Origin: Ruditapes philippinarum
Taxonomy: Eukaryota
DNA length: 64,000 bases
Direction: 5' to 3'
Assembly (NCBI RefSeq): GCF_026571515.1
Contig: NW_026860356.1
Span: forward strand, 124,001 to 188,000
Below, piece by piece: positions 43,301 through 52,227 of this stretch (positions are counted from its first letter, which is position 1; each line of letters starts with the position of its first letter). The position numbers and the translations under genes are program-made. Under the pieces are notes generated by a model. It had not been told where the DNA came from. It ran no database searches and saw nothing but the letters and a program-made list of their open reading frames with translations.

Positions 43301-46300
43301 GAAGGTAAACGCCAACGAAAAAATAACAATGGATTAATATTAAGTAGATAAATTGCTGGTATTTAATACAGTGCCTTATCGAGTCTGATTAGCAAGCACA
43401 TTTGGAGCTTGAACTTTATCACAAAGTACAAGGTTTGTGCGGGTCCGTTGGAATAATGATTATAGTTATGGGATTTTAAACACGCTTGCGTATCTTAAGG
43501 GGATATAAAAAGATTCGGTCACATGACGAAAAAGGTCTTATCATTGGTTTAAAAAATTGGCACAAAATTAAAACAATGAATTGTGCACGTGCTAAAAATA
43601 CTAAAATGTATAGAAACATATACTTACTTCTTTTTTCTCATTGAAAACCATTTCAATTATAGACACATGCATAGAACGCCGCAAGTCAATTTGATACCTT
43701 TCAAGGTAAGCGTACTTATCTAAAATTAGTGACATCAAAATTGTTCATCAGCAAAACAGAATGTTTTAATTGTTATATTAATGAAAAAGATGTAATTTTG
43801 TTTACAATAAATAGATATTTAAATATTTCGATGCTGAACTTTGATATATTTAATCCTGGAATCTTTTGTTTAACTGGTATGATATATAACTTAACCTGGA
43901 ATAATTGTTTAAATGGTTTGTTAAAATCATACCGGTACGTTTTGAATCAATATTCCAAACCAAGTCGAAGCCCGATACCAACCCTGTAAAATAAGTCATT
44001 TAAATTACTCACATATTCATAAGAAAAATTATAAAGAAGGCGCTTAACTCCCTTTTAAAAGTGAGATATAAGAAAGACAATACCAAGATACACTTTTGAT
44101 AAGTCAATAAAAATAGCATGGATGAGAAAAGACTGCTAACAAGCCTTGAGTTTGAATGAAAACATTTATTTATCGAAAAATATCTACTAGTTAACTAACT
44201 GACACAAAACGTTTCACTATAGTTATTAAAATAAAGTAAGATGTGTCATATTAGAGAAATAAAGTACAATAATTTCAAGTCAACATCATAACGTTTTATG
44301 TTATTTCCTTTCTTCTACATATTATGAATGACAGCAAGCAATTTAATACATACGTGCCGGACTTCCAGCCTTATCATCAGCAACTGAAACATACAAATGT
44401 TAATGTAGCATAAAGTGTATTCTTTCATACATACAAAGTCTATGAAACAAGAGCATCTCTGAAATCATACTGACGCGATTGTGAATACATTCAACTGCAT
44501 TCAGCATACCAATAGTCTCGACTGTGAATTAATTTAACATTAGATGATGTTACAATCACTTTTTGCTTTATATGTTAAATTGACTGTGAATATTGCATAA
44601 CAAAATCAACATGTCGTCCTAAAACATGTTATTTCGTGCTTTTTTCCACTGAATGTTATGTCAGAAACAGATAAGTCTGTGACAAAGCTTAAGATCAACA
44701 ACAGATAAAATATGTATACTATATATCAACGTGGTGAGGTAGAAGATAAACAGTAATGTAAAGTTTGGAATGTACGAGAAATGTTGTAACCTTGGACAAT
44801 GCCGCAGAAATAGTTTTTCTCTGTAGAAGAAGTGGACATTGGACACATGGTTCCTTTCTGTAAGACAAATATTCATATATCGATCTTTAATATTGATTTA
44901 TACATGACTGTTTTCAATGTTCAAATGCAAATGGTATTCAAAAAATAAAAATAAGATAATATTGTTTATAAAATACTCATGAGTGATTAAATAATGGTTG
45001 TTATTATAAAACGATTAGATCAATTTAAGTCATGAAGTTTTTGATGTAATAAGATGTTAATTACAAGAATAATCAGTGATCACATGTGTCGCCTCATGAT
45101 AGCCATAACTCAGCAAAATATCATTGAACCTAAGAAACTGTGTAATATGCACAAGAACTTGAGCTATCAATCAATCCTGTAAAGTTAAACTGAAATTGCA
45201 TTAGTGGTAAAACAGGAGTAGTCCAGACAAATTTCAAAATTAAAATCATAAAAGGGACAAAACTATCTGACAAAAATTAATGAACCGCAAAATGTTGATG
45301 AGATGCACAACCAGACATGGCATTGATCAGTCCCCTAAAGTTTTATAAAAGTGCACCAGTAGTTTCTGCAGAGTAGTCCAGACAAACTTCTGTGTAGCTG
45401 GCAACAATAGAATATTCAAGAACAATAACTTAAGATCATTCAACTGAAAAGTGAAAACTTGAGTACATGTATTATGCAAAAGTAATTGACCTACCAATAA
45501 ATCATGTAAAGTTTCATTAAATTTGCATATATGGTTATGAGGAGTAGTCCGGACAATCTTAATTTACACCCTTTTTTATTCAAGGGCCATGATTCGGCCA
45601 AATGGTATTCAAAAAAATTAAAAGTAAGATAATACTGTTTATAGGCTACTCATGGGTGATACAATAATACAGAGAACCCGTGTAATATGCGCAAGTACTG
45701 GACCTACCAATTGATCCTGTAAAGTTTTTCGTTGAAATTGCATTAGTGGTATAAGAAAAGTAGTCCGGACAAACTTTAAAAAAATAGAAATAATTAAATG
45801 GCCATAACTCTGACAAATTTCATTGAACCTTTAAAAAGCCGATTACATGCACAACTGGACTTGCTACTGATCATTGTAAAGTTTGAATGAAATTGCACCA
45901 GTAGTTTATTTTTGAGAAGTAGTCCGGACAGCTTCTGTATATCTGGCATCACACAAACTACCTTTTTCTTTCCATAACCCGGTTAAAATCATTCAACCGA
46001 AAACCCCGTGCAATATGCCCAAGAACTCGAGCTAAAGATAAATTCTGTTAAGTTTCATTGACATTGCATCAGTGGTTAAAGAGAAGTAGTCCGGACAATC
46101 TTTATTAATAACAATTATAAAAGGGTCATGACTCTGACAAAAATCATTTAACCGGAAAATGCCGACGATATGCACAACTATACTAGGTACTGATTATTTC
46201 TATAAAGTTTGGATGAAATCGCAATAGCAGTTTATGAGAAGTAGCCCGGACAGGTTTTGTGGTGGACGGACAGACGGACAGACAGACGACGTAGAAGTGA

Positions 46301-49300
46301 TCCATATATGTCACCACTACTCCGTAGAGGCGACACAAAAACAAGCGAGATGCATATCAGCAAACAAGCAGCATGTCTCTAAATCTAAACTGTTCTTTTG
46401 ATGAAACTTATTGGTGAAGTAAGTGTAGCATTTAATTAAGCTTTCCTTTAATTCGAACATACATAACATTTTACCAAAATTTGACATCGTGTGTCAGTGT
46501 TTCTATGGTGCCCGAAAATTGCTTGTTTAAGAGCGCTAAACACTTCTACTTGCAAATAGTGTTTGTATTTCTGAAAGTTTGCCATAGGCGTTACCTTTAT
46601 CAATTTGAAATTTGTTTTCAGCATTCCAAACGTAACATTGCTTTCGATGACATCTGATTCCGTGTAGATTTTGTCACACGTCGCTATACTCAATTTCTTC
46701 CTCTTTGGCTGTGCTGTCATAAAAATCGTTATGATTGAAATATACAAACTAACTTCACAAAATAGCTTTTATCTTAAAGCATACATGTTATCACTTTATG
46801 ACAATTTATCAAATACTGCAGATGTGCTGTTAATGTTACTATACATTTATGTAAAGCTAAATGTGTCATGAAATTATACCTGTCTCGTGAACTGAGATAT
46901 TTGGAATGATTCCGTACGAATCATATTCAAAGAAGGCTGTTTGCTGTTTTCTATCCCGAAAACCTAAAATGATTTACAAGTATAATTAGTAACACAGAAC
47001 ATTACTACATGAGCACCTCAAAGGCGTAGCAATGTGCGCCCAAATGCAATTTGTTTAAAGAAATTAAAATATCAAGTTATCAAGAAAAATTTTTGAAAAT
47101 ATATTGTGGAGACCCATTTATAACATTTGTCCGTAACATGTTTTATATCAATTATTAATATTAAGATCAATATTGATACATGTCAACTTAGATGTATGAT
47201 ATTTTAAAATGAATATTTAGAGATATTTGTACATGGTACAGCTTTCTACGTCGAGTTCCAGTCACGACCTTGAAAGACTAAATTTGAAGTACAGAGTGGT
47301 CATAATTTACAACTATGCAATTGTCACGGAGTATATATACGGACTGAAAACAACAATAATGTTGGTTTTTAAGTGATACAAAATCAAAGAAACATACAAA
47401 TAATATTATACAAGAAATTTCAAGAGCACAAACTATAATGCCTACAAAATAATTGAAAATCAAAATGCTATGCTTACAAATAAATCTTTTTATTACTTCC
47501 CTTTAAATATATAACATCAATTCTCGAACAAACATTCATTTCATTTTCATTATTTCTACATAACTATTGTTAATTAAACTAAAATAAAGCCAACAAAGTG
47601 TTTAAATCTATGATATGCAGGTGTATGTCGGAGGATAAGACGAACTTTAAGACATGTATACCATATGAATATGCGAACGTGTCAATTGTGTATTACAACC
47701 CGGCTCGCCCCAAAAGAAAACCTATTTGGCAAAGCCATTTTTTTTAAATATCAGTGACCACGGCAGGGTATTTTATGTAATAATACATGCCAAATAACTG
47801 AGATCTGGGCATTGTAGCTTAACATAAGTATATGAAAAAAAGTTTTCCTATGTATGTGACCCCTGGGACAGGGCCAATATTGACCTTTAGGAGCATGATT
47901 TATATAACTTTTGTAGATGTCAACAATGCATTGCTAAATGCTCAATATGTTAGCTTTAACATAATTATAAAACTTTTTGCATATGAAAATGTGTTCTTAT
48001 TACCTCCCTTTATTAATAGCTTTTAAAATTCAGTCATTCAAAAATGCAGTGGTAGTAATGAGATAAACTTTTTGCAACCTTTTATATTGGGTTTCCTTCC
48101 TTTGAACATATATCTGTTTTAATGTATTATAAAACAGATACAGCAACTTTATAACAGCCCTTCAGCTCACAACAGTCTTTAAATTAGAGAAATACTGTCC
48201 ACAATATGGCCACAAACAGTGGAAGCATGGTATATTAACAACTGCTAGTACTTAAGACATCAATTATGTCCAAAGTTTTGATAAAGTGCCTTTATCTTTT
48301 ACAATTAATTGTTTTTCTGGGACTTTGCATATCTTAAGTAACATCACTTTAAATAATAAGAATATCTTATTTAAAAATAATTAAATCACATAAACCTATG
48401 ATCCACCCAATAATTTTAATCTTAACAGAACAAAATATAAAACGATTAGATCAATTTAATTCATGAAGTTTTTGATGTTAATTACAAGAATAATCAGTGA
48501 TCACATGTGTCGCCTCATGATAGCCATAACTCAGCAAAATATCATTGAACCTAAGAAACTGTGTAATATGCACAAGAACTTGAGCTATCAATCAATCATG
48601 TAAAGTTAAATTTAAATTGCATTAGTGGTAAAACAGGAGTAGTCCGGACAAATTTCAAAATTAAAATCATAAAAGGGCCAAAACTATCTGACAAAGATTA
48701 ATGAACCGCAAAATGTTGATGAGATGCACAACCAGACATGGCATTGATCAGTCCCCTAAAGTTTCATAAAAATGCACCAGTAGTTTCTGCAGAGTAGTCC
48801 AGACAAACTTCTGTGTAGCTGGCAACAATAAAATATTCAAGGACAATAACTTAAGATCATTCAAGTGAAAAGTGAAAACTTGAGTATTATGCAAAAGTAA
48901 TTGACCTACCAATAAATCATGTAAAGTTTCATTAAATTTGCATATATGGTTATGAGGAGTAGTCCGGACAATCTTAATTTACACCCTTTTTTATTCAAGG
49001 GCCATGATTCGGCCAAATGGTATTCAAAAAAAATAAAAGTAAGATAATACTGTTAATAGGCTACTCATGGGTGATACAATAATACAGAGAACCCGTGTAA
49101 TATGCGCAAGTAGTGGACCTACCAATTGATCCGGTAAAGTTTTTCGTTGAAATTGCATTAGTAGTATAAGAAAAGTAGTCCGGACAAACTTAAAAAAAAT
49201 AGAAATAATTAAATGGCCATAACTCTGACAAATTTCATTGAACCTTTTAAAAAGCCGATTACATGCACAACTGGACTTGCTACTGATCATTGTAAAGTTT

Positions 49301-51310
49301 GAATGAAATTGCACCAGTAGTTTATTTTTGAGAAGTAGTCCGGACAGCTTCTGTATATCTGGCATCACACAAACTACCTTTTTCTTTCATATTTGCATAT
49401 CTTAAGTAACATCACTTTAAATAATAAGAATATCTTATTTAAAAATAATTAAATCACATAAACCTATGATCCACCCACTAATTTTAATCTTAACAGAACA
49501 AAATATAAAAATGTAGTTTGATACATAAAAAAGTATAAAAGGAAAGATGTTTTAAAATAAAGGGAGGTAACATGCATATATATTGTGAGGAAACATATTG
49601 ATAAATTTATACATTGTAATCTCCCTTTGTAAGGAGTGTGACATTGGACATGACCCGAGAAAGTTCACACCTGCGCTCTGCACATCATCTCAGTAATATT
49701 TTTATTTCTGCCAAAATTATTTATTTTCTACAATCGGTTTATAAGATAAAGAATATTGTAATTGATACAAAATAACTAAATGTGACCTTGACCTGAGGAA
49801 GGCCAACCTTCACTCTGCACATGGTCTAATTGTGGTTAGCATTTCTGCAAAGTAGTTTCAATTTTCTTCCACTGGTTCAAAAGATATAGACCAGACACGA
49901 AAACTCCTATGTAAGTATATAAATCAATTAATCCCCGGGACGGGGTCAAATTTGATCTCAGTAAGCCCGAACCTGTGTTCTTCAAACCGTCTCATTATAT
50001 GTATTTTTTCTGCAAAAAGTTTAAATTTCTTTCTATCTGTTCAAAAGTAACAGAGCGGACACAATTGATTTTGAAATTGATACAAAATGACTTAGTTTGA
50101 CCTTAACCTTGACCTTAGAAAGGTCAACTCTGCGCTCTGCACATCGTCTCAATATTGTAAACATTTAGTTTCAATTTCCTTCCACCGTTTCAAAAGTTAC
50201 AGACCGGAACGAAACCAGTAAACAGACGGACGGACAATCAGGTGCACAACATTATACGCCGATATGTTGTTTCAGAGTTATGTCCCGGACAAGAAAAGAC
50301 GAAAATACATCCGGACTGACAAAATGGCGACTGTATGTTCACCCTTCGGGAAGCATAAAAACAGTGTTTTCTATGAACAGAGGTTTTTATTCATTTGAAG
50401 ATATCTTTGTAAAAACCAATTTCATAATATAAGGTGTTTATAACAGAGCGTGTCATATCGTACTGTATGTTATTTGTTATCATAAATAAAATAAAAAAGA
50501 AAACCTGGCGGGCATTTCTCTCCAATCTTGTAAATTGTATATCTTCCAGGAATCCAACTTTCTGTGTCTAGTTTAGTATCATGTCGCACTTTAACACATA
50601 GCTTTATTTGGCTCTTCTTCTGCTTTGCATGTTTATTTTTTTTAATTCTCATATCTAATACGCTCTGTGTCCATCCACGACTCTCAGACTCTGGACACCC
50701 GTATTGTGACATAGGAATTGCAAATGGACCCGGAGGCCATAGACTTGCCTTGTCCTCTGACCCTGTTAAACAAAAGGGTCATTGTATTTTTATTTGTAGA
50801 AGGTTGGGCAACTGGTCAAAACTATTAATCTTTAGTGTTTTTTTTTTCAACCTAGATTTCATTAAAATAACAATAATAATATAGTTTATATTGTACTGCT
50901 AGGGAAATATATTCAAGCCAATGCGGTTCAGATCATTCGTGTCAATAGCACGAGCTTCACCGTGACTATTCAACTTAAGATGTCTTTTAGTTATATGATA
51001 TACCTATATATAATATCTTTATCTATAACGCATATCTTATCCTTTAGTTTTCAAAATCTAATAACACATATTGATTCATCACAATATTATAAAAATAAAA
51101 GATAATTGACGTTGTGTACAAGGTCAAAAACACGCAAAACAAATAAGGAATAATAAAATTGAAATGTACTTTAAATAGATACATGTAAACGTATACATAT
51201 TTATTTTTTACCTTTGCTTATATTAAGCGCCTCGCACAAGACATTGTCCGATATTTGTTTGCATCTAGAATATTGAAAGTTCGTATTTTCCTCAACAAAC
51301 TTCTGCTTTG
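1200..51310 (-). CDS. Multi-exon (29 exons found) mosaic extracellular/receptor-type protein: ApeC-like, 2x F5/8C, 2x CUB, C-type lectin, kringle, 5x LDLa, FReD-like start; partial at both ends
   Basis: Hand-joined exons all have AG/GT boundaries and compatible phases and translate without stops. Domain motifs continue across introns. Small exons may be missed or mis-bounded. Confidence 0.85.
1546..1662 (-). CDS. Exon, LDLa module
   Basis: [35 protein letters not shown]. Confidence 0.92.
1717..2996 (+). mobile_element. Helitron-like non-autonomous element (HINE/pearl type), degenerate
   Basis: Decayed internal tandem units; GGAC/AGAC microsatellite; end CGGTAGGGGACTA, complementary to AGTCCTCTAC near 1732. 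Confidence 0.55.
3471..3575 (-). CDS. Exon, LDLa module
   Basis: [34 protein letters not shown]; not in the ORF track. Confidence 0.9.
5647..6032. repeat. Double-foldback element (Crypton-like non-autonomous candidate)
   Basis: 40-bp near-perfect inverted repeat 5647-5686/5710-5749, then a perfect ~30-bp inverted repeat 5753-5782/6002-6031. Confidence 0.65.
6338..6517 (-). CDS. Exon, LDLa module
   Basis: [30 protein letters not shown]; not in the ORF track. Confidence 0.88.
8538..10576 (+). mobile_element. Nested HINE carrying a 168-bp satellite array
   Basis: About 9 highly similar 168-170 bp units (9010-10500); (GGAC)n; terminal hairpin ATCCCCCTCCGA..TCGGCGGGGGAT; matching subterminal motif near 8560. 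Confidence 0.85.
10840..11610 (+). mobile_element. BEL/Pao LTR retrotransposon gag fragment (DUF1759-like), decayed
   Basis: [13 protein letters not shown]...DKFNYL...GEA...I.GL.LSNENY..A...L.ERFG; stops/frameshifts upstream. Confidence 0.85.
12234..12479 (-). CDS. Exon, low-complexity linker + LDLa module
   Basis: FVC...[18 protein letters not shown]. Confidence 0.87.
12763..13020 (-). CDS. Exon, kringle-like domain
   Basis: SGKLCQNW...CQDP...GCYV...WEPC six-Cys kringle pattern. Confidence 0.87.
13686..13840 (-). CDS. Exon, C-type lectin domain C-part
   Basis: WAIGEP...DC...C...YFICQ. Confidence 0.85.
14997..15075 (-). CDS. Exon, C-type lectin domain middle
   Basis: GL...YVWLN...FSPW; phase 1-2. 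Confidence 0.85.
15379..15597 (-). CDS. Exon, C-type lectin domain N-part
   Basis: CYKIF...SWSKAGSVC...LVTIQSPKE...HIG. Confidence 0.9.
16139..16262 (-). mobile_element. Degenerate SINE fragment related to the 43054 SINE
   Basis: TTCCTCACATGACAATGTCCAAAGTCCC resembles the reverse complement of the 43130-43160 body. Confidence 0.4.
16330..16362 (-). CDS. 33-nt micro-exon ([11 protein letters not shown])
   Basis: ttttag/gtactt boundaries, phase 1-1. Confidence 0.6.
16521..16728 (+). mobile_element. tRNA-derived SINE with 9-bp TSD
   Basis: A-box TGGTCGAGGTG, B-box GGTTCGATCC, (AAAC)n tail; TATACAAGA at 16512-16520 and 16729-16737. Confidence 0.85.
17266..18398 (-). mobile_element. Decayed mariner transposon
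   Basis: Imperfect TIRs CGAG..TGATCAA..GTTCT flanked by TA; transposase remnants [28 protein letters not shown]...[11 protein letters not shown] and [13 protein letters not shown]. Confidence 0.9.
18736..18975 (-). CDS. Exon, CUB-like domain 2 C-half
   Basis: [13 protein letters not shown]...LLIVF...GFRLHY. Confidence 0.87.
19380..19586 (-). CDS. Exon, CUB-like domain 2 N-half
   Basis: FRIRA...[10 protein letters not shown]; ttttag/gtaagc boundaries. Confidence 0.82.
19788..19992 (-). CDS. Exon, CUB-like domain 1 C-half
   Basis: GCDDKL...LVITF...RFRA; ttcag/gtaagt boundaries. Confidence 0.85.
22583..22785 (-). CDS. Exon, CUB-like domain 1 N-half
   Basis: IMSIGYP...CYSWII...[10 protein letters not shown]; ttcag/gtaaga boundaries. 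Confidence 0.85.
22892..23490 (+). mobile_element. Short HINE, same family as the 7468 element
   Basis: Shared 5' end and internal units; ends ATGGCGGGGGCATAAAAA. Confidence 0.75.
24348..24605 (-). CDS. Exon, acidic Ser/Asp/Thr-rich linker
   Basis: tacag/gtgaga boundaries; [15 protein letters not shown]. Confidence 0.8.
25093..25249 (-). CDS. Exon, second F5/8C domain C-part
   Basis: ITARLIKL...CLQFEIHGC canonical end. Confidence 0.88.
27467..27610 (-). CDS. Exon, second F5/8C domain middle
   Basis: [14 protein letters not shown]...SFRLLYG; ttttag/gtaatg boundaries. Confidence 0.85.
27965..28131 (-). CDS. Exon, second F5/8C domain N-part
   Basis: [21 protein letters not shown]...SRPSSTGW...PWI is the canonical discoidin start. 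Confidence 0.88.
32667..32788 (-). CDS. Exon, end of first F5/8C-like domain ([11 protein letters not shown]...)
   Basis: tttcag/gtaagc boundaries; ARYI motif; phase 2-1. Confidence 0.75.
33585..33694 (-). CDS. Exon, F5/8C-like ([12 protein letters not shown]...GRLLLR)
   Basis: tttcag/gtactg boundaries; phase 0-2. Confidence 0.75.
35078..35175 (+). other. tRNA-like Pol III cassette, antisense within the LINE 3' region
   Basis: AACCAGA/TCTGGTT stem, A-box TAGCTCAGCCGGTAGAGC, TCAGG/CCTGA T-stem with an insertion, oligo-T. Confidence 0.6.
35198..38626 (-). pseudogene. LINE ORF2 (2A - AP endonuclease - reverse transcriptase - C-terminal CCHC-like)
   Basis: [48 protein letters not shown]; broken by stops at 37598 and 36765 and frameshifts near 37425 and 36075. 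Confidence 0.93.
38351..38392 (-). other. 2A-like StopGo motif [14 protein letters not shown]
   Basis: Exact D(V/I)ExNPGP consensus immediately before the APE domain. Confidence 0.85.
39394..39586. other. Assembly gap (193 N)
   Basis: N run. Confidence 1.
39800..40668 (-). pseudogene. LINE ORF1 (coiled coil + RRM-type)
   Basis: [30 protein letters not shown] motifs; probable ATG at 40668 with one frameshift before 40588. Confidence 0.85.
41464..41726. repeat. ~68-bp tandem repeat, ~4 copies
   Basis: ATTCTTGAACTGG..ATTCCCGGGATCCC..GATCCCGGCTTTTCTGAAAA recurring. Confidence 0.75.
43054..43329 (+). mobile_element. tRNA-derived SINE (MetaSINE-like bivalve family)
   Basis: A/B boxes (GTGGCCGA..., GGTTCGAATCCC); body GTGGTTCTACCCAGGTGCCCGTTCGTGCCTGAAATAAT; A-rich tail. 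Confidence 0.8.
43628..43719 (-). CDS. Exon, F5/8C-like ([31 protein letters not shown])
   Basis: ttttag/gtaagt boundaries; QIDL motif; phase 1-0. Confidence 0.7.
43933..43983 (-). CDS. Exon, F5/8C-like ([17 protein letters not shown])
   Basis: ttttacag/gtatga boundaries; ARL...W motif. Confidence 0.65.
44354..44383 (-). CDS. 30-nt micro-exon ([10 protein letters not shown])
   Basis: tttcag/gtatgt boundaries, phase 1-1; gives SPARL with the next exon. Confidence 0.65.
44471..44521 (-). CDS. Small exon, start of first F5/8C-like domain ([16 protein letters not shown])
   Basis: ttcacag/gtatga boundaries, phase 1-1; alternative acceptor at 44494 possible. Confidence 0.55.
44776..44857 (-). 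CDS. Exon ([22 protein letters not shown]...)
   Basis: tcttacag acceptor, phase 0 start; donor position uncertain. Confidence 0.5.
45063..46340 (+). mobile_element. HINE with diverged ~160-170 bp tandem units
   Basis: Recurrent GTAGTCCGGACA/CATAACTC units; (GACA/GACG)n; TGTGTCGCC (5') complementary to GGCGACACA (3'). Confidence 0.8.
46595..46713 (-). CDS. Exon, ApeC-like continuation ([15 protein letters not shown]...FKLIK)
   Basis: cag acceptor, gtaacg donor, phase 1-0. Confidence 0.65.
46880..46963 (-). CDS. Exon, ApeC-like continuation ([28 protein letters not shown])
   Basis: ttttag/gtataa boundaries; completes CPPGF. Confidence 0.75.
48324..49510. repeat. Local duplication: copy of ~45005-45972 placed between 119-bp direct repeats
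   Basis: 48324-48442 matches 49392-49510 almost exactly; 48436-49388 matches 45005-45972. Confidence 0.85.
49600..50360 (+). mobile_element. HINE-like remnants (TGACCTTGACCT-type units and Helitron-like 3' ends)
   Basis: Repeated CTCTGCACAT.GTCT units; GACGGACGGAC; CACCCTTCGGGAAGCATAAAAA end. Confidence 0.55.
50505..50762 (-). CDS. Exon, apextrin C-terminal (ApeC)-like domain
   Basis: [16 protein letters not shown]...[18 protein letters not shown] matches the repeated WPxG..Y...CP pattern of ApeC domains; phase 1-1. Confidence 0.8.
51212..51310 (-). CDS. Exon (most 5' one located): [33 protein letters not shown]
   Basis: tttttag acceptor, gtaaaa donor, phase 1-1, open frame joining the next exon. 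Confidence 0.7.
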
Positions 51311-51389
51311 CTAAAAATGGAAAGAAAATCTAAACATTACCGTTGAATGGAATTCGATACGATTAAAATCAAAGGAAACAAAATATATA

Positions 51390-52227
51390 TGTCACAGGGT
51401 TAGAAAAATGTGCAGCCTGACCGGGACTCGAACCCGGGACCCTCGGAATACCGTACCGCGGCTCTACCGACTGAGCTATCCGGCCGCTTACACATTTTCT
51501 CCCCTATATAGTGAACAGCTTTGAACCGTGACATACTCCCCCTGCTATATAGAAATGCGTCCTCGAATTTCACATAGTTACAGAGCAATGTGAATTAAAC
51601 TCTAATCTGTATTCAGTCACGGCCCCACGTTGGGCGCCATTTGTCGCAGTCCACTCTTACGATATGGGAAAGGTGCTGCTAAGAGGTTCTGGGCTTGAGG
51701 GTTGCTATAAAAATACAGAAATACGCTCTCAGAAAATATTTATTATCGATGAATACGAAGTCTGGCTCGCGCCATGAAAATCTTCAGTAGGAGTGCAAAT
51801 ACAAAATAATGACAAATGACATAAAATCATGAATGGCAAAATGTAGAATAACAAGTATGGGATCAATACAGACATTCATATTTACCTATAAAAATACAGA
51901 AATACGCTCTCAGAAAATATTAATTATCGATGAATACGAAATCTGGCTCGCGCCATGAAAATCTTCAGTAGGAGTGCGCATGCGTGAAGGTACTTAGTGC
52001 GGAAATAGAATATTTAAGATTGAGGCCCGTACCAATGGTTAGAACATACTTGTTAATAAATGAATGAATGAAGAAATGAATGAATGAGTAAATGAATAAA
52101 AGGATGAATGTATGGAATATAGGAAAAGGACACAAATATAGGACTTCACATAATCTACGGTGTACAATACGGGACATACATTTACAAATAACATCTAACA
52201 TTAATACATCAATATGACCCTGCGACA
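51390..52227 (-). mobile_element. Miniature LTR element (Helenus-like TRIM) with two different LTRs
   Basis: 5' LTR 52227-51642; PBS-Lys 51639-51622; PPT 51546-51534; 3' LTR 51533-51390 with tRNA-like insert; TATA on both flanks. Confidence 0.85.
51413..51485 (-). other. tRNA-like sequence inside the 144-bp LTR (not a functional tRNA)
   Basis: Intact A box, B box, D- and T-stems; mismatched anticodon stem; followed by T5. Confidence 0.85.

Noticed and set aside
44471-44494. ECIHN versus ECVHN (24580) as an internal protein repeat
   Set aside because: The match is too short and depends on a weak alternative acceptor.
51413-51485. Functional tRNA-Thr(GGT) gene
   Set aside because: The anticodon stem has two mismatches, the loop lacks U33, and it sits inside an LTR.
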